DNA of 64,000 nt from Orbicella franksi (lineage: Eukaryota). Positions 32,705 through 46,100 of the stretch are shown here, piece after piece. The notes below the pieces were generated by a model. That model worked only from the letters and a program-made list of their open reading frames with translations, had not been told where the DNA came from and did no database searches. The position numbers and the translations under genes are program-made. The stretch lies in assembly GCA_964199315.1 (NCBI GenBank), contig OZ116700.1:10354001-10418000 (forward strand), in the 5' to 3' direction. Numbering within the stretch: the stretch's first letter is position 1; every line of letters starts with the position of its first letter.

Positions 32705-33390
32705 ATCACTTACAAAAATTTTCGGACGTTTAATTTTCGAATACTTTTTATCTCACTTCGGAAAAATTTCAGGCGGACAAAAATTTCGGAAACCTTGCTG
32801 AAACGAAGCTCACGTGAATTTACGCCGCCTACAAAACACGTTTTAGACTGAAACAACATCCTGAAAATGGTAGATGTACTGCACCTTCAAGGTTTTACAA
32901 ATACATCGACAGGAAAATAACACAAATTCTATCAAGCCGTTATGTATCTCAAACAGTGTCACAATCCTACGTAGGAAAAAAGATGGCCACTGGTACATTT
33001 ACCCATAGTTCTTAGCGCACGAAAACCTAAACAACGTTCATAAAAACGTACAGAAACGTTATAATATCTTCAAACCTAGGCTACTTAATATCCTTTGTAC
33101 AGGGACAAATATTGCAATTATAAGGCTTGCTTCGTGCCTTTTGGGCTGAGTTAGGTTCGCGAGGCATTGTGGTAAAATGTACAGCCGCCATTTTTTTTCC
33201 CGCGGTGGATTAGAGCTCGCTCCATAAAGGAAGCTAACAGCTTTGGAGCTACTTAAAAGTTTTATACTGTGCTGTAAATATTTCGGACGCTTAAAATTTC
33301 GGAGGTTTAAAAATTTCGGCTGGGTTTGTTTTCGGACGCTTTTTTGTCCGAAATTTTTTTGCGAGTAACTTTGACCTGCATATCGAAAAA
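32705..33390. mobile_element. Putative DNA-transposon derivative with AAAATTTCGGA subterminal repeats
   Basis: Clusters of AAA(A)TTTCGGA motifs at 32714-32790 and 33275-33360; the terminal copy is inverted (TCCGAAATTTTT). Confidence 0.45.
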
Positions 33391-33829
33391 TAACATCCAT
33401 CACGTGTTGAATTTACAATTGTCAACCAATATTCTGTAAATGAGGGTGACTGTCCAGTCTGCGTAACACCGCCATTTAGTATTGCTTGATTCTGGTTCGT
33501 TGACGGATCCATCAGTGCAAGGTAAGGGGTTGCTCATCCAGTCCATGCTGTTAGTGGCTCGCAGTGATCGTTGGAAAACACTCCAAGGGAATATGTGGGG
33601 ATGTGATATGTGTTAAATGTAGTAACGATCGTCAAGTTGTTTTAAGCTTGTTCGACAGACCAACTTTCTTCACTGGTGTTTTTTGTTTGTTTGTTTGTTT
33701 GTTTGTTTGTTTTCCTGGCAACAGCCTTTTTAAAATAGCTACTGAGCACTTTAACAATGGTTGAAAGGATCTTCGTAACGCTAAGACAAGTCAAAATAAA
33801 TTTCTTAAACTGTGCCCAGATTTTTTGCC

Positions 33830-33864
<35 letters not shown>

Positions 33865-33965
33865 TAAATAACTTAATTGACTACTTTTTAAGAATTTTCC
33901 GGGTCGATGTCAACGAATTCTGAAACAAATATAGTAAATGTACATAACATGCATGGTAGTTACAG

Positions 33966-34126
33966 ATCCCAACTGGTACGGGCCAAACCGTTTGGCTATT
34001 TACAAGCCTTGACCAAGGAATTGAATTTATGACCACCGGAAACAAATTCAGTCAGGAATAGTACGGAGAGTTTGAATCCGGGACCTCTGGATAGCAAGGC
34101 TAGCGCCAACTCGGCCACAGTGCCTC
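33966..34126 (-). mobile_element. tRNA-derived SINE (second family)
   Basis: Minus strand starts GAGGCACTGTGGCCGAGTTGG (A-box-like), then GGATTCAAACTC (B-box-like), then the body GCTTGTAAATAGCCAA. Confidence 0.62.
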
Positions 34127-37100
34127 TCGCTAATTGCACCTAGAAGTTAGACAGTTTGCGCATTGCTTACAGACAAAGACAAAGCAAGCGCTGGCTTTAC
34201 GAAACGCTTCTACTGGTCACAGGAGGGGTGCTGCTCTGTTTACTGTATCTATAATCTGAAATACACCTGAACTTTGACTCTGTTGTTTCGGTAACACGTA
34301 ATGACAAGTGAAGGATAACTGGACACCGCCCTGAAAAACTGGACGGACGCGAACATTGAGCGCTATCTATTCAACCAAAAACTCCGGAAGTTGTAAAACG
34401 GGGGCAAATGGTACGGAAATTCCGAAAAACCCGGAAATTGAAAAATTTCCAAAATGGGAACCATTCAACCGCACATTTCGGAAATTCTGGGATTAAAATT
34501 TAATGGTGCAGAAATTCCCGGAAAGAAATTCTTGTATTTCCACTACAAGGTTGTTTACTTTTCCAGAAATTGTGGATAATGCTGTTTTATTTATCAATGG
34601 AAAAATGTCCGGAAATGAAACCGTCATTTTTGTTCGCGTGGGGAGCTCTAGTTCTATCTAGCTTCGCGCCCTGAGAACGCTATAGCCTACAAAGATTTAT
34701 TCCTACTCTTATGTTTCCGTTCATTAGCATTAGTTATTCTGGACATTGTCTGTAACTCTTTTATGCCTTTCGGTCACTCCTTTTTACAGGATTTAGTTTT
34801 AAGTGCGGATGATTGTGCCCCATGCTTTAAATATTTCATAAGCTTCTTAAAGAGAACTAAGTTGAGAACTGAAGCGTTGCAGTCTTTGGGTAGATTGCAG
34901 GTACATGTTTGAATCTTGGTTCTATCGTGTGCCTTTGTCATGAGACCTTTAGATTTTGGCACTTCAGCATGTTAATTTTTAATTATTCGGGGTTTACTTT
35001 CCTGGTCAACCTTGATACGAGGACTTCTCTCTGTTTTGTCCTCCCCTTCCATCCTGCTTCCGCGACACCAAAATTTTCCTTTTATTTCCGTCTGGGATAT
35101 TGGGCCCGTGAGGGTACCCCCTCTCGAGTTGTGTATAGTGCCCTGTTTGACTGACATCTTTTCCTTAAGCTATTTTATTTAAGAATTGTCGATTTTTCAT
35201 ACTAATAATTGTTCATGGAAGGATGTACTAGTTTAAACATTATGGCCGATAAGGAAGTTATGCAAGCGTCATACAGGACCAAAGATCGTTTTGCTGTCGC
35301 AAACAAAATAATTATTTTGCATTTGCAAGTAACGCTCTGGTCATCATAGCTCTATTTCGTTTGTAAGGATGTGATTTGCTTCCCCTACGGCTCCTAAAGT
35401 TGCTGTCTCTGACGCAAAGCTCTTTCTGTTCATTCAGAGAAGGCTGAACATGGAAGGCTCCAGTTGTGAATTTAAATAGTATCCATGAAAGGTTCTGTGT
35501 TGAGGACGCTTACTTTTTTTCATTATAGCTGTTATCGATTCTCGCTTAAATCTATTGTTACATTGTCATCTTCTACGGGGCGATAATGAATCAAGGCTAG
35601 TACGGGGCACAGCATTTTCCTGAATCCCTGCTGTTTCTTTAGGCCTTTTACACTGAAGAAAAGGCGTATTCTTACAACAGTTTTTTTTTTTAATGTTCTT
35701 TCTATAGCTAAAGGCACTCTCTTTAAAGGCCTGCACACAAATACTCTTTTAAACTGGCACTGAGAAACTAAGACTCGATTCCTTTCTTTTACGTGTTGAT
35801 TAATATTCATTCTCGTGGTTCTATAATTTATTGACGTTGACTCGGTCCCCCTTAGGTGGAAGTATTGTATTCCAGGACTTCAATCTCCCGTGATGAGCCC
35901 TTGTGCGAGCCGGGAAACCCTACTGAGCTGCTTTGACAGTCTGTGTGAGACATTCAAATTTATTACGTCTGGTTGGGAAAAGATCTTTAGAAGTTTCCGG
36001 CACACGGGCCTTTTTAATTATGAATGTTCTCAACTCTTTTCCCAGACTCATTTAATTTTGGTAAAATGCAAATTTGCTAACGCTATTACCGAAAGCCGAT
36101 TTTCTTCCGCCAGATCTATTGGGAAAAGAACTACTCTGTTTTCTTTCCTAGATTAATTTTCGAGCTGTTAAATTTGAGTTTGCATTTGTGTGTTTGCGGG
36201 GAGGTTTTCCTACACAATAACACGCCATTACTGTCAACGAGCGTGGGAGATGTTTGTTTTGTGTTCTCACACCCCAAGGTAAAGGTTTATAGACGAAACA
36301 GCATTTGAAAAGACAAATCGGAGGACAAAGCTTCTGTCTTGTTTCTTCTTACGTTGATTGTGCCATTATGTAGACAAGATTTTCTGTATCTCTGGTTATG
36401 TTACTGCTCTGTAAGTCCCCTTTGCGGCATACCTCAAATTAAAATATTTAAACAACGATATTAAAGCAGAGCCATTAAGCCGCTTTTTTTTCTTTTTCAG
36501 GCGCGGGTCATTGTCAAAAATGTAATGTATGTTTTCCTCGTTTTATTTTTTTAAAAAAATTAAGGGAAGCGAGCGTCATTTCTTTCATTTCTTAATTGAT
36601 CGTCGACAGAATCTTCTACAACCTGTTTAAAGAAGCCGCAAAGAAGCGCGTTCTATTCTTTACCTTAGGGCTCCTCGTGTGTCGGGTCAGATTTAAATAA
36701 TTTGCAGACAAAGATGAATTCAAACACTGCAATTTGTAAGCGACTTGCCTGCGGTGAGAGTTTGAAAGTAGCCCAGAACGCCAAATTGAAAACATTGCCA
36801 AATCCATCCAGGTTGTAGTTGCCAAGGTTATTTCTCTTTCTCTTGATTTCGCCCTTCAACTTAATTACTGTTTTTTCTGGCACCCTACGACGCGATTCTT
36901 AAAGAAAGGACAAGATAACGAAAATTAGAAGATATCGCCTTCGGCTAAAATGGGTCGTCAACGTAGAACATATTGGCTCGTAGATGAATTAGTGGTCTGA
37001 ATGTCCGCTTCGGGAAAGCCCTTTCACCGTGGGTGGCAAAACAATGAAGGAGTACTACTTGCCTTATTCCTAGCAAAAGATCCAAGCTTTTTGATCCAAA

Positions 37101-40100
37101 AGCGAAACCTCTTTGAACGCGTTTATTCATTTGCTACAAAAATAAAACTCAAGATTTTGGCTGTTAGTTGAAATTGTTTTAACTTCGAGTTTGCGCTCGG
37201 ATGAATTGTAAAATTTCAAATGTTCTTTTTTTCTCTTTGGTTGAATGAGAGTTTTTATCGTCACCTCTGCAGTAATAAACTCCATCAGATATTGCAGTAG
37301 TCTTGTTTTCCATTGTTTTAGATGTATACTGGCCATGGGCAGGCAACTATTTTTATTCATGTAAAGGAAATCCATGATACAGATCGTATCCGATTTTTGA
37401 GCTGATATTCTTCGATAAAATTCACTCGGCTTTCAGCACGACATAATATTTTAGGGTCGCTTACGAACGAAGTCGTCTTTGAGCCAAATATCTAAGTTTT
37501 TCGTGTTGCGTGAAAGACCATCGCAATCAGTTTAAGTCACAAGTGATCAGAGCGAAATTCATTTGCTACACAGCGTTAGTGTCACCGGCCTGCTGCCACT
37601 CAAGCGTTGGTTGTTGACCTAAGCAATATACCATAGCACGACAAACAACCATTACGTTAATTGTTGCAATAAAGGAATCATTCTCTTTTCTGAAAGCAAC
37701 TAAAAATATTTAGCCGCGAGTCAGGTTGTTTACATTTCCCTATGTAAACATTCGTATCCTGGTAAAGGGATTATGTCGTCGGATCTCAGTGGCTGATGTT
37801 TCGAGGGTTAATTCGGATGAAGGGCGCTTCTTTTCTCCCTTTGAAGATATTTAACTGCAGTTGACAGCCGATGTATGACGGGCATCTAACGCGAGAACGT
37901 AGCTCGGCGAAGTGTTGACACAAATTGGCAATTCACACTATTTTTGAATCAGATAATATTAATAGTGTTTTGACATGACTGTTTCGTGTTTCGACGTATT
38001 TTGCAGCAGTGTTCAAATCTTATCAACACCTTATTTTGCTTTCCAAGATATGCAATAAAGGCTACCACTACGAAAGTAGCTATTTTAAGCCGCTTACTGC
38101 CTAAGATGTCGGTCTGCGACTATCAGACCGAAACTTGGCGTCGTAATAAGCAAGTAATTTGTTTTGACAATATTAAAACGCAAATAAATTTAAGAAGAAA
38201 TGAAAGTTGACTTCCAGGGGACAAGTTAGGAAACTGCGAGCGGTGTTTCGGCAAGGACTTCATCTACGGTAGTTATTATGGTATTTCAAATCAAAACATT
38301 TGTCGACAGTTTCCCCTGGTTGGTGTCGCTTCTCCAGTTTTGTACGAAAAGTCTCTTTCGGCACAATTGTAAGACCTATAACTGCACTTAAGACTCCTAC
38401 AATATAATACAACATAAACAGGGCATAACAACAAACTCAAGAATCAAACATGATATTTAATATATTCAGATATAACGACATGTTGACAATTTGAATAGTG
38501 ACTTCTACATCCCCTACAATGTATCAGCAGTTCAAGTCAATCTCATATAGGGGCAGTGAAGTCGTTCCCGAGGTGGACATTCTTAAGTTTTCATCAGAAA
38601 TGGCCAACTCTAGCGTTCAGTGATTAGCTTCAGTTATTCATATGAGGGGTTCTTCGTTTGGTTGACATGCAGCAGCGGCGGCTTGTCCTGTCAGCATGAA
38701 TGACGATCTTTAAATGATGTGGACTGCCTGCGTATCATTGCAGCAGATTGGTAAACGGCAGTGTTAAATTAAAGGAACCTTGTTCATTGTAATGCTGCAT
38801 GTTACAACTAAGGATTGCCAAATACTTCAAGCAGCTCTTGTATTGTTCACGTGTGTACTAGTAAAACAAGTACAAAACAAGAGATTATTCGCTGGCTACG
38901 AAATAAAATAATACTTAGCATAAATGTTCTGAAATCAAATACAAGATTAAGCTCATCTGTGCCTCAAAAAACAGAATTTTTACGTCAAAATAGTGCACTA
39001 TTGCATTCAATACAAAAGGATAGCTCAGGGCAAAACATTCAGCAACATCCAACATTCCATATTAGCATAGCGCTTAACCTCTTAATATTAGTTAACGACC
39101 ATAGTTATGGCGGCTTACATGTTTCTCGCCAAATTTCCGTGGTAGTCGCAAGGTAACCTGATGCTAGGCCAACTACAATCCTTAACAATGTCTTTGTTAT
39201 TAACACGAGCACCAACTTGGGTTTTTGTACATATTTAATATTAAACAACACATAACAAAATAAGTTTGAAATTACAACTGAAAGCCTTGTCTTGTTCTCT
39301 CGCATAGCTTCAGAGTAGAAATTTAAGAGGTGCTGGGTGAAGAATGAACACTAGCAGTATCGTTATTTTCAACTCCACGAAATAAATGCCTTGCTTTGAA
39401 CGGAGTGGTTCTAATTTTGTGTTTGTGTACTGACTGATCCTGATTTTATTTTACGAGATACTGAGTTTATTTTATGAGATACCGTGATTGACTTCCAAGA
39501 GGCTCTGTGAAAGACAACCTTTGCATTCAACTCGAATTCCACAACAATTTACAGTAAAATAATCAAATAAAAAGTCTCATTAGAAAACTATAACTAATGC
39601 AGTTTGACTCTCACATTTATCGAGCAGCCTCTTTTAGACAGAGTTTCGCTATTTCATTTTAGAGTCTCCCTGCTCTGTTCTTTGAAATTGGCTCCTGAAT
39701 ATATATGGCCTCATGAATTTAAAGGGCTGATATTACGAACCCAGTGAACCAAGATCAAGTTGAATTCATATAGTAACATAAACCTGCTTAACCAAAGCCT
39801 TTATTTATACCGTATATTAAAAAAAAAAATATTGAATCGAAGCTTTCTTGCCAGTCCTTACGTGACTTAACGCCACTTCAGGATTGTTTGCATGGAAGGA
39901 GCTCATTTATGGTTAAACGGTGGTTTCTGTAAAAACCTGTGTGTTGTCTAATGTATTTTCTTTTATATGCTTTTATCAAGACAGAAAATAGGACGCTGTA
40001 TTCTAAAAATGTGTCAAGCACATACTAGTGAAACACGCCCTTAATTCGTCCCCTGGCAAATGAAATGTAGTGTTATGGTAGGTATCGGCTTTACCTCCGA

Positions 40101-43100
40101 GTGACATACAAAAGACAATTGTCAAAGCCTAGTTCACGGAAATTTTCTTGCAATGAGGAACTCCTTTAACCTGGATTCCTGTTGCGGAGCATCCTCTACA
40201 TAGACACTTTTGTAACATCCAGCAAAAACGTGACTATTTCCTCGTAATGTTCTACTGTTTTGTCAAAGGAAAAGTGCGAAACCATCGAGACTGGTTCGAA
40301 ATTTTTTTTTTATATAGGGTTTAGTAAGAGAATTTTGCCAAGTCTTTCATTCAGTAACTTATTTAAATTTCTAAGCGTTTACTTATTCTTCCATGCTTCC
40401 TCTTTGCATGTTGGTTTGCATTTCTCCTCCTTTGACAACATGGCGACAGGGCGGCCACATTTCAAAACTATTTACTTGGTTTAACTTGAATCTAGGGAAA
40501 ACATCTTCCGTGTGATAGTGTGGACACTTCTCTAGGGCTTAATAGTTCCTTTCAAGATTGATTTCTTAACCCTTCCACACAGTAACTAGTAGATAGACAT
40601 TCTCCCCACAAAAAATATATTTTCTCTTGGGCTTCTTTCCTTTTTGATAACACTGGGCTTGGGCAACAAGCTTTATCCTTGATTTTGTTTCGTTTTATGC
40701 TATACAATTCAATACAATACTTCATTTACTGTGGAACATACGCTTAGCTATATGGTTTAGTTTAAAAAAACTGCACCAGTTTACAGATATTCCACGAGAA
40801 ATTCTGGCGAAACTATGAAATGTTCCTTAGCATTTTTGTTTCCAATTTTTTTTTTTGTCCTTGGAAATATAGAATTTCAAACAGACTTTGGTTTGGTTTA
40901 AGGTGATAGCTTAAGATTATAGCTTAAGGGAGCTGCGTCCAAGGTTTTTGGAATATCCCACAAGGGTTTGGATGATATTTTAACTGCCAGTTGGAAGAAC
41001 AATTAGTTACTAGAGTAACTGACTAAAACAACTTTCTCTACGTCCCCTTAACGTGTTCTAAACAAAGATTTTCAATTTTTCTTTGGGTAACATTCACTAT
41101 GAAACAAACTATAGTCAGACTTAAAATAAGACTATTGACCAAGAAAAGCTATATGGTAGCGCTCAATAGCTAACCTTCAAATCTGCTGCAGACAAACCCC
41201 GGGAAGCTTGTTAGTAAGCCAAACGACAAATAACAATGAACGCTATCTGCAATGCGCCCAAACCCGGCCTAGAACTGCAACCTGACGATTATAAGAGGAA
41301 AATTGATACCCAACGTCAAAATGCAGAGAACTGGCAAAGCAGGTTTTATCAAACAGCGTAATGTCGACGGGATTATTTGAATAGGTACTGAGGTTGATGC
41401 CACTGAGCTGCTTGGCTTTCCATTCCTTTTAAATTTTCACAACCCCCCAATACGTTTGCGAAACTTCACAAAAGCACTTGAGCTGTCTTTGTGGAGTTTC
41501 GTGGATGCATTGAGGAATTTTACTTCGAGTGGTCAAGTTACGAACGAAAGTGATGACAGGTTAAAATGAGGTCTTATGAAAAGGTTGAGCAATTTAGTGT
41601 CGGTATGTACGTCTACAAGCGTTTATGAAGTCTTTTAGAAATTAAACCTAGTCACTTGAAACTTTTTTTTTTTACCAACCAAAAATGATGTGCTGTAAGT
41701 ATTCAAGACAGGATAGTCCAGCAGGATGTTGTATCCAGGGAAGTGGAAAGCAAATTATGAATCACGCGGACTTTTTAACTTTCAAATATGGGCAGAAAAC
41801 GATACAAAATTATGTCATTAAGCAGCTTTCACTACAATACATACAGCGTGTAACAAACAAAAGGAAAGATAACCTGGGGATTTCCTCATAGGACAGCTTT
41901 GAACGAACGCCCTCTTCAATTTGTACACGTCTGTAATATAATATTTACTTTGAACGCTGACCTTAGGATTTTGTATCAAGCCCCATATACACGTGGTTTG
42001 TCTTAGCAGGCTGTTGGGGTCGCGCGCGTTCCTTGTAAGTCTTTGGTCGTTACTATGACAGGCAAATGTGTTATACCAACCACCTGCTATTTTAGGCTAA
42101 TTTTGTGAAAATTAATTTTCATCTTCGATCGAAATCCTGAAGCATATTATATCAAGCTGAACTTTTTTTGTTAGATATATTGACGGATTCTGCCCATCGT
42201 GCCAGTTTTCGGCGCCTTTGATTCTTCTGGTACTAAGACTCGACTTTTTTTCGCGGCTGTTTAGAAAACATTTTATTTGATCTCTTTGAGTATTCCGAAT
42301 TATGGCTATTGAATTGCTTTAATTGTGCCGGTGTGCCGCTGGAAGAACCGCTTTTTAAACAAGTACAGCGATAATACTTGAAGATCTATCTAGCGTCGAA
42401 CCTTTCAGTTTTTCCTTGTCGCATCCCTGCTTCTTCTCGGTGGGGTTCTGTTTCCATTTTGAAAAGGAAAACACACACATACATTAAACATATCCAACCA
42501 CTCGAGAATAAGCCGCTCTTGTCAAAAGCGAAAGCAAATAAATAACTTATTCCTAGTGCTCGCGTTTTTTGTTTTTTCTTTTTCTTTTTCAACAATATTT
42601 CTTGTTTTGGGCAAACTAGAGTGCTTAATATGTAAAGATGTCCACTGCAATTTAGCACGGAGAAATACTAAAGAAGATTCGAAGAAAGGCATCGAGGGAC
42701 GGGGATGTAACTCTTTTTTGAGGTGCTGTTCGTTTTTTCTCACTGTTTCTGTTAAATGTAATACCCAAACTGTTTCGTCGAAGCCAGTACTCTAGTTTTT
42801 TGAGGAATCTTCCAGCTTACCAGCCGCCCAATTTATCTAATCTTATATTTAGCCTTAGAATCTGCCTTAAACAAGGAGACTCTGAACTGTCCATTGCTAA
42901 AGGCAGAATTTATTGCATTTGTCCCAATGGTTCAACTAGTGCACCCAGTTGTCATAGATATATGATGGCGAGGGGAGGGGGGTTTTGGCGTTATTTTAGG
43001 CTTTGCGTCAGGAATTATAAATCAGGAAGGGCCTTCTGTAAAGCATCAGCTGCAGGTTTTTCACACGGCATATCCAGAGCTGATGTCTGAATTGAGAGAC

Positions 43101-46100
43101 GCATGGCTAGCTCTTTAGTTAAAATTAGTTACCAGCCATCCGGCTATTTCGTAGTTTTCTGTAGGTCACGCACATTTTTTCCGGGTATGTCTCACTAACT
43201 AACATATGGCATTCTGTGGGAAGCAGCTTTTACTTGCTGTGTTTTTCGCTGTTTTATTTGTTTAGTGCTAGTCAAGTTCGAATGCCCGAGTAAAACTGCA
43301 ATATCTTGCTTATTACGAACGGTAGTAACTCCTTGCCTCAGACATTAAGATCCAAATGGACGAGAGTGTTTTTTTTCCCTAGGTTGTATTTTTTTCCCTA
43401 GTGTGAAAAGTGTTCCCGACATGTATGATAATTTCATGATGTTTACTCAGTGATGTGGACTTTTTAACACCTTTCACTGGCTTCAGGCAAAAGGGACAGC
43501 TCGTTGTCAATTTGCTGTCACCTTGCGTCTCCGTGTCTCGTTCTTGTTTTTTAAAATAGGAAATTCAAATTCTTAACCTTGTTTATTTTTCCAAGTTTTA
43601 ATAATAGTAATTATTCGTGTTCAAAACGCGCTGAAATTAAACCTTCTTGAAAACTAATCGTTGACGAACATACCAAAGAAAATCTTAGGTCTTAGCCAGT
43701 AAACTAAATTAAATAAACTTTTTTAACGGTGAGCATATTTCTTTAGAAACCTGACCTAACCACCTGTCTTCATAATTTGATCATTGCTCTTACTCACTAT
43801 TTCACTACTCTGGGAATCATTTATCCCTTGTCAGTTATTCTCTCATAGGTCTTTCAAATGAATAGTTTTTCAAATTTATCACGAAGAATTTTTTCTGTGT
43901 ACGCTGATCTGCACCTTCCTCTTTACAACCTTCAGACTTGTGCAATATGTGCACAATATGTCCCTACCGACCGCCTAAGGTACTCTATTGTTTGTTATAT
44001 GTTCAAAAGGCTGCGCCTTCTCGTAATTCCTTCTTTGTAATTTTTGAAAACAAGCCTGTCACTTTAGGCAGTGGGTAATTCTTAAAACATTTTGTCGGGA
44101 GATGGTTAAAACCGTAATAAGTCACACTGGTGTATCAACAAAAATAATGACAAAAAGCCTTTTAACTGCCTTGCAGTTTTTCTTAAGTCATTGTCCATAC
44201 TGATAAGGACAGGATGCAAACACACATTTAATTTTGGTTCCTTAAAAAGAGTGTTACAAAGTTGAAGAGTAGTTTTGTTAAACTTAAGCGGCTTCTTGTA
44301 ATATATAGACTGATAATCTGCAAACAGGAAGTCGAGATGACTCATGAATTCAGTTTAACAAAGGATATATTATGCTTTTTGTATAGCTTTCTAAATGCCA
44401 AATAAACAACACAAATTCCACTTTGACAAAAAATCAATTTAAGTGGATAATAGCCTCTAACTTTCCTAAACATGTATTTCAACGATGTCTCCATGCAACT
44501 TCCAACGCCTTCAGGCAGGACTGTTTTGGCTTTTTTCTCTTGGTCTAAGTAAACTGGCCCTACCGCTTTACACACGATTCCACAGTGGTTCTCAGACATC
44601 AAGTGTGTCGTTTACGTGTGTATTTTTCCACTCATTAAAACTCAGCATTTGCACAGTTTTTCTCGGCGATTTCTGACATCTTGAAACAGGAGTTTTGTGC
44701 TGAAAAAACTACACATATTTGTGACGAGTGCTTCCTTTCAAGCGGTCCAATTTGCTTTATTTCTTGATTATAAATAGAGTATACCCCCAAGTATCGTACC
44801 AAAAATTTTCCTTTCTGTTTAGCTATTCTTTGTCAGTAATCCGAATGCTTTGAGGTTAGAGTATAACCTTATTTGTCAGTATTCTGAATGCTTTGAAGGC
44901 AGAACGTAACGAGTTTCAATACAACGATCGTCTGCCATTTAAGATCCGGCTATTTGGAATAATCCATCCCTATCATGAGAACTTAAGAGGCAGTCAACCT
45001 TAGAGGAGAGGCTATTCATAGCTCACTACAAAAAAAAATAGAAATAGAAATATATAAATAGAATTCAACCTTGAGCTTTGAGCTAACAAAGGCAGTTTCA
45101 TGGCGGCTTTTAACAATAGGCCGAAGTCAACCATGGAAGTTGTTATATAACTCTGGGCTCACCAAGGCATCGTGAGAAAGAACTGTTTATTTCGGACCAT
45201 ACGTGCAAGATTTAGTCGTTGTCACTCTTCATTTTCTTTTTTCTCGCAAACATACTTCTCGACCAAGGTGTTTTTGGCGTAGTAATGCTTTTTTATCGAG
45301 ATACTTTAACCTCTTTACCGGTTCGACCGAAATCTTTGCCTCGCTACAGAGAACACGTTCCATGTAATTAAACAGGCCATGTTTGACTAGCTTAATTCAA
45401 AAGCTTAATGCTTAATACTTCTTTACCGTGTACGAGCAGTACGTTCTTGACGCCCTAAAGTATGTCTTTTTGCGTTATAACTAGCGTGAAATATAATTTT
45501 ACAGTGGCTACGAACTAAATGACACCAAGTTTCGAGAATTACGAAATGAAACTCCGATCTCACCTTTCTTAGACTTGCCGGACGAACTGCCTGCAGCAAA
45601 GAAACACTGTTAAACTGGAGATTAAAATTATTTCAAGTTTTTCGCTGTTGACACAATTGCGACCTGTCTGTTCCAGTGTAATTGTCACAATTTTTCAACC
45701 GTCGAAGGACAGCTTTGCGTTCTCAATTTCCCTGAGAGTTGAAACATTCATTTTGTATGGATTGCCCTGAGGGATAGGAAAATGAATCGTGTTGTGTGAT
45801 TTATGGGGACGCTGCACTTGTGGCACTTTTGTCAACTTGGGCGACTAGTGTCGCGAATTCGAGCCACACAACAATCACAAAATCCGGCCTTATTGCCTGT
45901 TTTTTATGTCTATTCGCTAAGAATGAAGTTTAAGAGTGCCATGAAACTTTTCGTTTGTGGTGATGGGAAAAGGTGTGCTAGAACTAGGGTATGGCCTGGT
46001 ATGATTAGTAGACTTCCATCCGGCTGAACTGGGTAAATGCCATTCAAAAAGGTTTCTTTACACTGATACAAGTACACAGTATAATTATGACGAATGAAGC

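Noticed and set aside
36600-37400. Chain of short minus-strand ORFs
   Set aside because: No recognisable motifs or splice logic.
41237-41362. 41-codon plus ORF MNAICNAPKPGLELQPDDYKRK..
   Set aside because: Too short, and no family recognised.
44106-44602. Two abutting minus ORFs
   Set aside because: No motif or splice support.
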